In this document: one piece after another, positions 10,505-21,888 of the stretch
Layout of the letters: each line of letters starts with the position of its first letter
Position numbering within the stretch: the stretch's first letter is position 1
Assembly: GCA_965178125.1 (NCBI GenBank)
Contig: CBCXTV010000001.1
Coordinates: 62,001 to 126,000, forward strand
Direction of reading: 5' to 3'
From: Bilabrum cf. latius
Taxonomy: Eukaryota
Length of the DNA stretch: 64,000 bases
Made by a program: the position numbers and the translations under genes
The notes under the pieces: generated by a model
The model's input: only the letters and a program-made list of their open reading frames with translations
The model's database searches: none
Told to the model about the DNA's origin: nothing

Positions 10505-11485
10505 AAGGGTGTGATGTGGTGGGAGCGCTTCCGCCTCACGTGGCAGACGTCCACACTTCCTGGTTCCCCGGCAGGCTGTTTGGCGAGACGGAGTGGCAAA
10601 GCATCCGCCTGCTGATTCCTACTTTGTTACCTCGATTGTGAGCTCGGAGCTTGGGGCGGAGGATTCTGCGGGCAGCTCATGTGTGCCTAGAGTGTCATCC
10701 CGCGACCCTCTGACTTCTGTTCGTGGCTTTACCTCTTCGCGCAGGAAGATTCCTCATGAGGCAAGCCCGGTCCGAACTCGCGTGGGATGCCGTGCGCTGG
10801 TGCGGCTTCCACTCATCCCCGGGGTGGGGAGCGCTGGGTAAAGGATCGTCTGTCCCTGCAAGTTTCGATTCGGCGAGGTGCGGCAGCATGACGCGGACCG
10901 AGGTGAAGTCCTTTGTCCGCGATAGGTCGCCGCGTCGCGCGGTGGCGACCCCACAGCGCCCCAATCCCATTCCGGAGAGGGGGTGTGATGCAGTGGGAGC
11001 CCTTCCGCCTCACGTGACAGACGTTCACACTTCCTGGTTCCCATAAGGTCTTCAGCACAGCGCATGCGAGGCAGGCTGTTCGGCGAGACGTAGTGGCATC
11101 GCCCCCGCCTGCTCATTCCTACTTTGTTACCTCGATTGTCAGCTTGGGGCTCGGGGCGGCGGATTCAGCGGGCAGCTCATGTATGCTGGAGTGTCATCCC
11201 GCGACCTCTGACTTCTGTCCGTGGCTTTACCTCTTCGCGCAGGAAGATTCCTCATGAGGCAAGCCCGGTGCGAACTCCTGTGGGATGCCGTGCGCTGGTT
11301 CGGATTCCACTCATGCCCGATGTGGGGAGCGCTAGGGTAAAGGATCGTCTGTCCCTGCAAGTTTCGATTCGGCTCGAGTCAATGTGAGGAAGGAGAGGTG
11401 CGGCAGCATGACGCGGAACGAGGTGACGTCCTTTGTCCGCGATAGGTCGCCGCGTCGCGCGGTGGCGACCCCGCAGCGCCCAAAC
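10505..11485 (+). repeat. Diverged ~0.5-kb tandem duplication, probably of a decayed ORF (also 37704..38684)
   Basis: 10507-10965 aligns with 10981-11485. The two halves carry different deletions, stops and frameshifts. Confidence 0.85.
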
Positions 11486-11929
11486 CCCGCCCCGCCTAGT
11501 CCTCACTCGACAGCGGTGTCGAACCTGCAGCAGCGCTTCGAGAACATGCAGCAGCGTGCGGAAAGCTTGAGCGCTCAGCTGGAGTACGCCCAAAGTGTGA
11601 TCAGGCTGCTCTCAGGCCTGTTGCGCGATGAGGCTCCTCGGTTCTATGCAGACTTTGATCCCGTGATTCGGCGTGCGATGTCTGGCGCAAGCGGCTCCGT
11701 TGCGGGTAGGTCTTTCCGTCTTGTGGACGGAGGCGTCATCCACGGACCTGACACAGCAGTCGCTGCTCCTCCGCGTCGTCTCATCGTTGAGGTGCGTACG
11801 GACTGGGAGATGACCGAGACTGCCTCAACTGTGCTGGATTCCTCAGGATCAGACGACATGGGTTCCGAGGACTCGCCGCCGCCGACCGTCGTCCTCCCCA
11901 GCGGCGCGGCGGGCGCCGGCGGTGCCTAG
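11408..11929 (+). CDS. Hypothetical 173-aa protein with RDRSPRR motif and coiled coil
   Basis: ATG at 11408. Heptad stretch VSNLQQRFENMQQRAESLSAQLEYAQSVIRLL; acidic Ser-rich tail. Confidence 0.6.
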   Translation: MTRNEVTSFVRDRSPRRAVATPQRPNPAPPSPHSTAVSNLQQRFENMQQRAESLSAQLEYAQSVIRLLSGLLRDEAPRFYADFDPVIRRAMSGASGSVAGRSFRLVDGGVIHGPDTAVAAPPRRLIVEVRTDWEMTETASTVLDSSGSDDMGSEDSPPPTVVLPSGAAGAGGA

Positions 11930-12503
11930 TCCTCGGCAGCTCCTGCATCGGAGCCTCCTGTCGAGATTCGATCGCGCAACGTCGTTCCTTACATTGCTTG
12001 CCGTCGCATGTGCCGGGCGGTGGTGGGTGTGCGTGTTCGCCGAAAGTTCCCGGCCTCGTCTTCCTCAGGAGAGCTCCTCGACCCGAAATTGGCAGCTCAG
12101 CGCTGCCGTGGCCGATACAGTACCCGTGCATGGCCAGTTGGCAGCTACGCGCTGCCGTTGCCAATGTCGTCCGCACGAGAGCAGAGTGGCAGCTCAGCGC
12201 AGGCGAGAAACCGCGCTCGCAATGCTGCGAGGTGTATTCAATGCTGTGCACGTGTCTATCCCTCTCCCTGGTTTTGTCTCGCTTGCGCCAGTGTGACCGC
12301 AGCAGAGCGGGTGCTTCCCGTGCGTCTTCAGCTTTGAGCACTCCTCCAGCGACAGGAAGGCATTCGCTTGCTCTCGCTCCCCGCCTGCGTCCTATCCCTC
12401 CCGGGTATCTTCAGAGGCCACAGGCAGTGCGAAGCTTGGCAGCGGGTCCGTCCGCGTCGTTTCGGCTGTGAGCGATCTTCTGCCCGGTTCCTCACGCGTC
12501 ATA

Positions 12504-14105
12504 ATGTCCTCTGCTTCGGTGCCGGATCAGCTCGCACGGATCAGTAAGGAGCTGAAGTGTCTCAGAGACGCGAGACAACGGGCGCGCAATGGGCTGCGCC
12601 ATCCGTGGTTGCGCGCCATGGAGGCACAGGTCGCTGAGGTTATTCGTCATCACCCCGGCGGTGGCGAGGCAGCTCTTCGAACCTATGTCTCTCGTCAGTT
12701 GCAGAGTCGACAGGTTTCCACGCGGACGGCTTCGCAGGAGGAGTTTCAAAGGCAGGTCGATGAGGAGGTCGCGCTCACCATGAGGCGCCCAGCTGAGGCG
12801 TGGCAGCGAAATCCTCTTCGCTCATGTCATCGAGAGTCCGTGGCACGCGCAGAGACCTTTCTCGCCGAGGCTTCTGTCGTTGCTTGGATCGACCATGTGA
12901 ACGAGCAGCGTGGGTGTGCTCCAACTGGGAACATGGTTTTCGCCATGCTTGCGAGGATGGGCGTTCGCGCGGGGAAGGACTCGGCTCGACGGCAGTGGCT
13001 CCTGCGCTTCCGTCGTCGTTGGCGGCTTCGGCATGGCCGATTGAAGAAGCAGCCCCCGGTAACACTCGATTACGTCAGACTCGCGTGTCGTGTCTTCTAT
13101 CAGTGGATTGAATTCGCAGAAGCGCGAGTGCCCCCCAACCGCCGCCTCGTCTTTGTGAATTTCGATGAGTCCAGCGTGCCCTTTGCCTTTCCGGGAATGC
13201 GCGGGTACATCGCACCGAGGTCAGGAACGGAGCCCGCTTCGCTTGGTTCGCGCACGGAGCGCCTCGCCTCGAATAGCAATCGAGGATCGTACACCTTTCT
13301 GGGTTTTATTAGCGACTGCCCGGAAATCCAGCGACGACTCCCGCGTATACTCATCGGGAAGCACACGCGGCTGAGCAAGCGCTTGATGCGTGGGGCGCCG
13401 AACCAAATGGTGGACGGAATGGAAGTCTGGGCCCGAGAGAGCTCGTGGGTGACGCAGTCCCTCATGTTCGACATTCTGCGTCGGCTTTTCGCTTCTTGGA
13501 TGGACATTCAGCATGAGATCTATCCAATAGTGATACTTGACTGCGCGCCCCAACACATTTCCACTGAGATTGTGAACTTCGCACACGGCCTTGGCATGGA
13601 TCTCGTGTTTATTCCTGGTCGACTCACCTTCCTGCTTCAGCCGTTGGACGTTCTCGTCTTTCAGCTTCTTAAGCGCGACCTTCGGGAGACGTGGATGCAG
13701 GAGCGCTCGCGTCATGAAGCGGGTCATGTCGATGTCTCTTGCCATCTCAGGGTTGTCGCTGAGTGCACGAAGAGAGTGCTCTCGTCTGGCTCGTGGCAAG
13801 GCGCTTTCGATATGACAGGCATTACCAGCGGCAGGCGCCGCTTGCATTCGACCCTACGGCGCTTGTTTGAGTGTGACATGGAGGACATCTCCAGCGATGC
13901 TCCGTCTGTCGACCAGCTCCGCTTCATCAGCAGTCCGCAGCAGCCTCTCCCGCACGATGCGCTCATCAACAGGGCCCCAGTCGCGTCCGGACACGCGGTC
14001 GACGGAGGCGTCCACGGTGGTAACGCTCGCCGCGTGCCTCGTGGCCGCAGACTAAACGGATGGACCCCCCGCGATCGCGCTCACCCCTCGGCGGCCATGC
14101 CGTGA
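12504..14105 (+). CDS. pogo/Tc5 (DDE_1, CENP-B-type) transposase, DD35D
   Basis: HTH-like WLLRFRRRW. Catalytic VNFDES, ILDCAPQH and LLQPLDV, with 35 residues between the last two aspartates. Confidence 0.92.
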   Translation: MSSASVPDQLARISKELKCLRDARQRARNGLRHPWLRAMEAQVAEVIRHHPGGGEAALRTYVSRQLQSRQVSTRTASQEEFQRQVDEEVALTMRRPAEAWQRNPLRSCHRESVARAETFLAEASVVAWIDHVNEQRGCAPTGNMVFAMLARMGVRAGKDSARRQWLLRFRRRWRLRHGRLKKQPPVTLDYVRLACRVFYQWIEFAEARVPPNRRLVFVNFDESSVPFAFPGMRGYIAPRSGTEPASLGSRTERLASNSNRGSYTFLGFISDCPEIQRRLPRILIGKHTRLSKRLMRGAPNQMVDGMEVWARESSWVTQSLMFDILRRLFASWMDIQHEIYPIVILDCAPQHISTEIVNFAHGLGMDLVFIPGRLTFLLQPLDVLVFQLLKRDLRETWMQERSRHEAGHVDVSCHLRVVAECTKRVLSSGSWQGAFDMTGITSGRRRLHSTLRRLFECDMEDISSDAPSVDQLRFISSPQQPLPHDALINRAPVASGHAVDGGVHGGNARRVPRGRRLNGWTPRDRAHPSAAMP

Positions 14106-15124
14106 CCTCGACCACGACCATGTCAGGGGCGAACGCGACTTCGTCAACCTCGAGCACGACCATCCCAGCGGCGAACGCGGCTTCCTCGATGGGATCCCTG
14201 ACCCCGACGAAGCTTCCCCGACCTCGGCCACGTGAACCTGCAGGCGCATTCTTGCCCGATGTGCCCGCGCAGGTGGCGGCCTGCACGGCGTGGGCGCCAC
14301 CGTTTCGTCGACCAGACAGCTCAGCCACTCCGGCGACGCGCGAGGCGGCAACGTCCACGTGCATCAATCCGTGGACCGCTCTCTCCTGGTATCCGACACC
14401 ACCGCAGCCGACGGACCCCCCTTCCGACAGGCCTCGCGAGGTACCGAACCGGAGCTCCCGGCAGCAGCGCAGGCGTCATGCTTGGGGCGGCACGTGGGTG
14501 TTCGACGACGCCATTACGCTCAGCGATTGCGGGTCGAGGGTGCAGATCGACGCGCCGCAGTCGAAGCTCTTGGCGATGGTCCTGCCCCGGAAGTCGGGCC
14601 AGTGGATTCCTCGTAGGCTGCGCTCGCGTACGATCTGGTATTTGGCTGGGGAGCAGTCGGCCGTGATCACCAACCTCAAGTGCCAGGCCTGCAGTCGGGT
14701 CAAGCACGCGGACAGCTTCAACCCGAAGAGCTTGCGTCGGGCTCAGTACTCGTTGCTGCATTCCCTGTGGCCCGGCTACATACGACGTACCGAGCGGTCT
14801 ATTTGGTGCACGCAGTGTGCGGTGGAGGACCAGTTGATGCAGGGCAACTTTCCGGACGGCTACTGTTTCCGGATCCGCGCCACACTCGAAATTTGCCATC
14901 AAGATCGCGTCGCGGCCAAGCTGTTTGCAGTGCACGACAGTAACGCTCTCTTCGAGCAGATCCCGCTGAGCTCCCGTGCGGCCATGGACGTGGCGGAGCA
15001 GTTGCGCCGATACTGGCAGGATGCCGTGTCCTCAGACGGCCAGAGCAACATCTTCCACAGCGACCACGTTTCGACAGACGACGACTCTGAGTTCGCACCG
15101 GGCGGACCGGAGAGCGTGCCGTGA
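14060..15124 (+). CDS. Hypothetical zinc-finger protein C (Ser/Thr/Pro-rich N-terminus; CQAC..K..F..CTQC)
   Basis: 354-aa ORF overlapping the transposase stop. Mosaic copies show conservative substitutions. Confidence 0.7.
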   Translation: MDPPRSRSPLGGHAVTSTTTMSGANATSSTSSTTIPAANAASSMGSLTPTKLPRPRPREPAGAFLPDVPAQVAACTAWAPPFRRPDSSATPATREAATSTCINPWTALSWYPTPPQPTDPPSDRPREVPNRSSRQQRRRHAWGGTWVFDDAITLSDCGSRVQIDAPQSKLLAMVLPRKSGQWIPRRLRSRTIWYLAGEQSAVITNLKCQACSRVKHADSFNPKSLRRAQYSLLHSLWPGYIRRTERSIWCTQCAVEDQLMQGNFPDGYCFRIRATLEICHQDRVAAKLFAVHDSNALFEQIPLSSRAAMDVAEQLRRYWQDAVSSDGQSNIFHSDHVSTDDDSEFAPGGPESVP

Positions 15125-15324
15125 GGGACCGCAGCGACAGTAGCGTCGCTTAGGTGAGGAGCGGGTGCCAATGCTCTTTTGAAAATGGTGTGTCGTACGT
15201 ACGGCAGGAGCCGTCGGTGGGAGCGGGGCGGATCCTGCGGGAAGTCGTGGAGACTGAGGGCAGAGACTCTCGGGTCGGTCAGGGTCTCATGTAACGTGCT
15301 GTTCACCGCAGAGGTATGTGCGGA

Positions 15325-15578
15325 TCTTGGTGGATCTCTCGAGGACATGGGTGGCATACCGTTGTGCATCCGTTCCCCGGGGGGGGCGGTCGCAGAAGAG
15401 TGCACACGAAAACAAGAGGAAAGGAGACCAACCCCCCAAACCCACGTAGTGCGATCCTGGGGGGTACCCTATAAGGTACTAAGAATCCTTCTCCCGAAAA
15501 TCGCACTACCTCGGGCCACAACGTCTTGGTGGATTCCTCGAGGACATGGGTGGCATACCGTTGTGCATCCGTTCCCCG
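15325..15578 (+). repeat. Second, diverged copy of the origin-like hairpin (15380-15512) bracketed by 55-bp direct repeats (also 42524..42777)
   Basis: 15380-15512 aligns with ~3983-4112. Direct repeats 15325-15379 and 15524-15578 differ at 2 positions. Confidence 0.9.
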
Positions 15579-18401
15579 TCGCTCCCTAACGTCTTCAGTG
15601 GCAGGTTCGGAAAAGACACCTCCGTAGGCACGCGACAAGTCCCGGTGAAGCGGGCTCGCACCGCGCTGGGCGGGAGATCGTGAGCGCTTAGAGGACCGGA
15701 GCTTTCGGGCGGGTGCGTGTCTCGACAAACTCCCTCTTGACCACGGGCGGGGAACGTGTAGGGCGGAAGCTAAAGACACCGTAAGTAGCGGAGGGCTAAC
15801 ATTCCGTCCTTCGGTGAGAGCCAAAAGTTCGAGTCTGCGAGAGACTATTATACGAAGTTCTCCCCTCCTCATACGTGCGCATAGCCTCCTCACGCGGTAG
15901 CGCGAGCGCGGGACCCGGACCTGTCCCTGATGGGCGTGAATCTGAACCCGGCGTACTCTCCTAGTCTGTCACTTCCACGACCTTGTTGTCGCGGAACCAC
16001 TTGCACGGAGAGGAACCTGTCGTTCAAGCGGGTGCAGCCGGACGCGCAGGTGTAGTGCATCGCCTTGCATATGTGCACGGCCAAGTAGATGCCGGAACCG
16101 TAGAGGTATCACACTTCCCGCGGAGCTTGGGTGGGTCTTTCGCTGCTGTCGTCTGCTCCAGAGGGTTTGCGCCAAAAACCGGAAAACTTCTAAGACAGAG
16201 GTGGGATGCCAGGAGCTCACGGTCCTGCCGGATTGGGGAGGTCCATGCCCACGCGAGCCGGGTACGCGTCCAAATCAACGCACAGAGCGGGAGCTGAGGG
16301 CGCCAAGGACGCTCACTGTCAGGCACACACAACGCGCACAGAATTCGTCATTTCGCGTTCAAAGCCTGCCAACGACGTGGCGCTTGGCGAAATGTGGTGG
16401 GTCGCGAAGATGTGGTACTTCGCCGTGCCTTTCTCTATGACGGCCAAGCGTGCACTCGCCATCGCGCTCGGACGCCACAGGAAGAGATCCCAGCTCGCAG
16501 CTCCGCCGCCTCATCCAGGAGTAAGGCGAAGTCGAATCGTGAATAGCGCTTCGCACCTTCACAGAGCCGAGGATCACAGATAGGCCCCGCCTCACAGAAC
16601 CCAGCGCCATAGGGCAGAGCGTGAAGTACCTGGCCGCTTGGCTTGGCCGGACCCCCGCCCGCCCTCCGCCGGCAGCTCCTCCCGTCCGTCCCTATGGAGG
16701 CAGATCCGCGTACCCATGCTGCGGCGGGATCCTGACACAATCCGCTCCTCTTAGTGTGTGGCCGTGGGGCATGAGTGGAGCAGCATCGGGCCCTCACCAG
16801 CCGTGGAACGGAAGCAGCTCTCCGTGCGGCAGCTGTGCGATGCACAGACCTCGTCCCAAAGATACGGATCCATTTTGCCGTCTTCCCGCGCATACTGCAT
16901 CGCTCTGCAAAACTGCATTGCGCAGTGGATCCCCGAGCGTCGACTGCCAATAGCAGGCGGCCTCGCAAGGCCTTCATGGACGCAGGATTTGGGCTTCTTC
17001 ATCGTAAATTTGGGGTCTGCTCAGCGCGCGAAAATTCCAACGCTTCAAAATGATCCGGACGTCGCGAGAAGGGAACTCGTTGCTTGCTCACCTGTGCGGA
17101 GGGGTTGGATGCCCGATGTGCTAAAGAGAGGATACTGTCCGTCGGCGTTCTCTCTTCACCTTGTGCGGAAGGGTTGGGTGCCTGATTTCAGACAGAGAAG
17201 GTCTCGTCCGTTGGGAGCGCTTAGGAATACTTCCGGATGGGGCGTCCAGACGCGGTCCAGGACCTCCAGCTCGTCGGGGTCAATGTCGCCCGCGCCGTCC
17301 GTGCCTTTGACGCCTCTGGATCGATGATGCCCACGATCTTTGTCATCTCGGACGACACACGTCCCAGCTGCTCTTTGGTAGTGCATTACCTCATTGACCC
17401 CGAAGCGTTGAATATTTAATGAAGACCCTTCGGAAGCTGGCGAAGTTTGTCAGCTTGTCGGAGCGCAGCCTGGGTCCTTGTCAACAAACATGGAGGGTTT
17501 CGGGGCGGATTTCCAGCGTTCCGCCTTGATATCGAGTGCACCTCGAGGTCGGGATCGAAGCGGGGCGGGCGGTTCGTCATCCTCTGTGATACGCTTAGGA
17601 GGCGCCGACTTGATGCCCACCTTGTCCCCCAATCACTCCAGACGTAACTGGGGAACTCTTCCCGTCGTGGGCCGGGTACGCCTCCGAATCCCACGCGAGC
17701 CGTTCCCCACGGCGCACCGATAAGCGCCGCTGCAAGCGTACCAAGAGGGGCGTACCAAGAGGTGCTTCCTTCGCTCGGCAGTGTGGCACTTCAAGCAGTA
17801 GAATGTGCCACTCCCAGCACGTAGGTGGAGTTTGCGAGCTGCCGGCCGACATGCTCGTGTGGTGACCTCCGGCGCACCGATAAGTGCCGCTGCAAGCGCA
17901 CCAATACTACTTCGCTTGGGAGCGAGGCACTTTAAGCAATGCAGTGCGCCGGTTTTCGTGCACGCCCAGTCGCGCGGACGCCGCAGGTGGCTTGGCCGTA
18001 GGATAGAATTAGTGGCGGGTCGGTTTTGCATGTCTTCCCTCTCCTCTTGATATGGTACACAAAGGCAAGAGCCTGACGATGCAGACGGAACTCCTGGATT
18101 TCACCGCCACATTCCTAGTCAAGACAGCCCTCGACTAAACAGACGCCGAGTTATCTTGAGCAGCATCCCACGACGCAGTGATGTGGACGGCAAGGGTGAT
18201 GCCATGCTTTCCGGGCCTCCCATGTGACCGCTTTTTGCGTACCGAAACACTTTCCGGGGTCGATTCCCGGCGGAACACGCCGGCGCGGCGGCAAGCGTCG
18301 ATGTTGCGGGCGGCCCAGCCATGAGGTACATGATCAAGTACACGGAAAGCACGCAGAGCGTCGTCAATCCGTTCGTGAGCCGCGAGTTCCAAAAGGTCTT
18401 C

Positions 18402-19399
18402 GAGACATCCGCCCGGAAAGCACGCAGAGCATCGTCAATCCGTTCGTGAGCCGCGAGTTCCAGAAGGTCTTCGAGCACATCCCCCCGGAAAGCACGCAGA
18501 GCATCGTCAATCCGTTCGTGAGCCGCGAATTCCAGAAGGTCTTCGAGCACATCCCCCCGGAAAGCACGCAGAGCATCGTCAATCCGTTCGTGAGCCGCGA
18601 ATTCCAAAAGGTCTTCGAGCACATCCCCCGGATGATGTCGAGCATGCGGACGCCCTGCTCCGGATGATGTCGGCCATGCGGACGCTCTTCCCAGACCTTG
18701 CGCGGCAGCGGGACGAAAATGGAGCTCTCCCTGCACCGCAAGCACGCCGGAAACCTGGTGCACTTCCACGTGTGCATGACGGACTCCGAGAGGTCGCATC
18801 GTTGTCGCGTGGCGGAGGATTTCATTTGGGCCGGCAGCAGGCCGAATGTCGTGTACGGCTTTAAGGTACCGAACCGGAGCTCCCGGCAGCAGCGCAGGCG
18901 GAGACATCCGCCCGGAAAGCACGCAGAGCATCGTCAATCCGTTCGTGAGCCGCGAGTTCCAGAAGGTCTTCGAGCACATCCCCCCGGAAAGCACGCAGAG
19001 CATCGTCAATCCGTTCGTGAGCCGCGAATTCCAGAAGGTCTTCGAGCACATCCCCCCGGAAAGCACGCAGAGCATCGTCAATCCGTTCGTGAGCCGCGAA
19101 TTCCAAAAGGTCTTCGAGCACATCCCCCGGATGATGTCGAGCATGCGGACGCCCTGCTCCGGATGATGTCGGCCATGCGGACGCTCTTCCCAGACCTTGC
19201 GCGGCAGCGGGACGAAAATGGAGCTCTCCCTGCACCGCAAGCACGCCGGAAACCTGGTGCACTTCCACGTGTGCATGACGGACTCCGAGAGGTCGCATCG
19301 TTGTCGCGTGGCGGAGGATTTCATTTGGGCCGGCAGCAGGCCGAATGTCGTGTACGGCTTTAAGGTACCGAACCGGAGCTCCCGGCAGCAGCGCAGGCG
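18402..19399 (+). repeat. 499-bp tandem duplication, each half containing three 72-bp repeats derived from the GT gene
   Basis: GAGACATCCGCCCGG at 18402 and 18901. The 72-bp unit reads PESTQSIVNPFVSREFQKVFEHIP versus GT AESTQCIVDPFVSRQCQKVFEHIP. Confidence 0.95.
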
Positions 19400-20209
19400 G
19401 CATGCTTGGGGCGGCACGTGGATCTTCGACGACGCCATTACGCTCAGCGATTGCGGGTCGAGGGTGCAGATCGACGCGCCGCAGTCGAAGGTCTTGGCGA
19501 TGGTAATGCCCGGAAGTCGGGCCAGTGGATTCCTCATAGGCTGCGCTCGCGTACGATCTGGTATTTGGGTGGGGAGCAGTCGGCCGTGATCACCAACCTC
19601 AAGTGCCAGGCCTGCCCCGGAAGTCGGGCCAGGGCATTCTCCGAGTCTCTTTGCCGATGATGTCTGAGGAGAAACCGTCCGAGAGCATTGCTGTTTCCTT
19701 GGGAGACGGCCGCAATCTTCGTGGGCGTCAAGGCGCCGGTAATATGGGAAACGAGGGCGGCATGTTGGCGCGCGAGGTCGACGCCCCGGCGGAGGGGGGG
19801 GGGGCCGTACGTGCCGTGACAGGTCGCGCCGGAGCCGGCGGAGGAGGCGACATGGACTTGCAACGCGTGCCAGGGCCTAAGCCCCGGTCAGAGTACTTCA
19901 AGAAGTGGAAGGACTGGATCCAACCAGTTTGCCGGGTGTGTTACGACAAGTTCGACAGCGCGACGCCGTGGTGGGTGAGGTGCAAGAACTGCAAAAACGA
20001 GTTTCCGGCGTACCGATTTCCCCAGATCCGCCGGAAGAGGGACGGGCCTCGATCTCGGAAAGGGCGGGAGTCCGTTCTTGCATTCGGAATGGGCGGGGAG
20101 TTGCTTTTCCTGGGAGCATGTGCGAGATTCCTTCTCCGCGGGTCCTCTTTCGGCTTCGGCAGTCAGCAGCGCACTCTGCGGGAACGGCATTCTCCGAGTC
20201 TCTTTGCCG

Positions 20210-21404
20210 ATGATGTCTGAGGAGAAACCGTCTGAAAGCATTGCTGTTTCCTTGGGAGACGGCCGCAATCTTCGTGGGCGTCGAGGCGCCGGTGATATGG
20301 GAAACGAGGGCGGCATGTTGGCGCGCGAGGTCGACGCGCCGGCGGAGCACGCCGGCGCGGCGGCAAGCGTCGATGATTCGGGCGGCCCCCACATCGAGAG
20401 CGGCGGCGCGGAGGCGGCGTCCACGGGGATGCTCGGAGAGGAGAGCGGCAAGGCAGCGCCGAAGGAGGACGCCGAAGACGACGGCGGCAAGAAGACGGAG
20501 GAGGAGGATGCTCGCGGCGGTGGACGTGCTGTGGTGCCCGGAGGTAATGACGACGTATGGACCGACGCAGCAGCTTGGAAGGCGGGTGGCGGCGTGGCAG
20601 CCGGAGCGGTCTCTGGCGCTGATAGCTGGGCTCTATGGGGGACCCCTGCGAAGTCGTCATGGGGGGAGACGTACGTGCCGCGGCAGGTCGCGTCGGAGCC
20701 GGCGGAGGAGGCGACATGGACTTGCAACGCGTGCCAGTGCTGCAAGCCCCGGTCGGCGTACTTCAAGAAGTGGAAGGACTGGATCCAACCAGTTTGCCGG
20801 GTGTGTTGCGACAAGTTCGACAACGCGACGCCGTGGTGGGTGTGGTGCAAGAACTGCAAAAACGAGTATCCGGCGTACCGATTTCCCCAGATCCGCCGGA
20901 AGAAGGAGAACTTGCGCTATTTCTTCCCTGAGGACTGGTGCGCGAAGTGCCTGGTTGCGCGTGGCTGGAGTCTCCATGATGTCCGTTCCTCTGCGGGTGA
21001 AGCGAAGCGAGCGTTGGGTGCCAAAAGCTGGCGCGAATACCGGTGACGGCGACAACGACGCTCGTGCTCCCGCACGCGACGAGCTTCCTGCAGGAGGCGC
21101 CGCCTCCTGCAGCAACGCCGTGCATCAGAGTTCTTCGCGTGACGAGGCCTTGGATGACATCAACCGGGCCATGGAGCTTCTCCGGAATGCGGAGAAATTC
21201 ATCTCCGCGATGCCATCGTGCATGCAGTGTGCGGTGCAGGACCAGTTGATGCAGGGCATCGTCAAAGACCAGGCCCTCTTGGATATCTTCTCCGGCAAGA
21301 TAACGGACTGGATCAAATACCATCCGGCCACTCTTGGGGCGATCCAATCCTATCGAAACGCATGGCTGTGGGCCGACGGAATGGCTCATGGTTGTCGAGG
21401 ATGA
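20210..21404 (+). pseudogene. ZnF-B paralogue fused to ZnF-C and GT fragments, frameshifted by a 4-bp duplication near 21010
   Basis: AGCGAAGCGAGCGTTG here versus AGCGAAGCGTTG in ZnF-B and in unit 2. Confidence 0.75.
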
Positions 21405-21888
21405 TATCGAACCTCGCGAAGCATGCGTGGATCGGCTACTCGTAGTTCTTCACGCCATCGCGAAACCCCAAGGTGACGCAGATGGCCATGTTAGCGGGGT
21501 CAGAAGCACCGAGAATGGTCAGCCTCCAGCGCGGAAACTCACCTCATGCACAACTGCGAGCGCCTCTTGGACGTGCGGACCTATCCGGCGCACTGGGTAG
21601 ACAACACATTTGTGGTCCCCTTCCACGTGGGCATGGGCCTAAAGTGGTATCTCATCAGCCCGGAGGGGAGGAAGGCGCTCCTGAAGATGCGGATCCCGAA
21701 CCGAAGCTTCGAACGCTGCGTCTGGCGCCGCATCTTCGACACGTTCCAAGGGCCGGTATGTAATGTCCGTCGTGATGTCCGTGTGCGCGGCCCTGAGTTG
21801 GGGGGTTGTCTCGTCTGGGAAAAAACAGAGCGCGTGCCCATCTCCTACGAAGACTTGTGCGGTGTTCACGAGCACGCCGGCGAAACCT
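21257..21888 (+). pseudogene. Deleted, frameshifted copy of the GT 5' region
   Basis: Aligns with 27118-27955 with several deletions. Confidence 0.85.

Noticed and set aside
11930-15320. Stand-alone pogo transposon with TIRs around the DDE gene
   Set aside because: No terminal inverted repeats or TA duplication found by eye, and the ORF overlaps its neighbour. A computational inverted-repeat search could still overturn this.
15847-15859. ATTATACGAAGTT, matching part of a loxP arm
   Set aside because: No second inverted arm at the right spacing and no recombinase; treated as chance.
17150-18031. Minus-strand peptide fragments (DIDPDELEVLDRVW; two CLKC repeats) as genes
   Set aside because: Fragmentary and interrupted; probably more captured pieces, but the donor cannot be identified from this window.
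18345-19130. 72-bp repeats as CRISPR or a repeat-protein gene
   Set aside because: No spacers; they are tandem copies of a GT gene fragment with no credible start or context.
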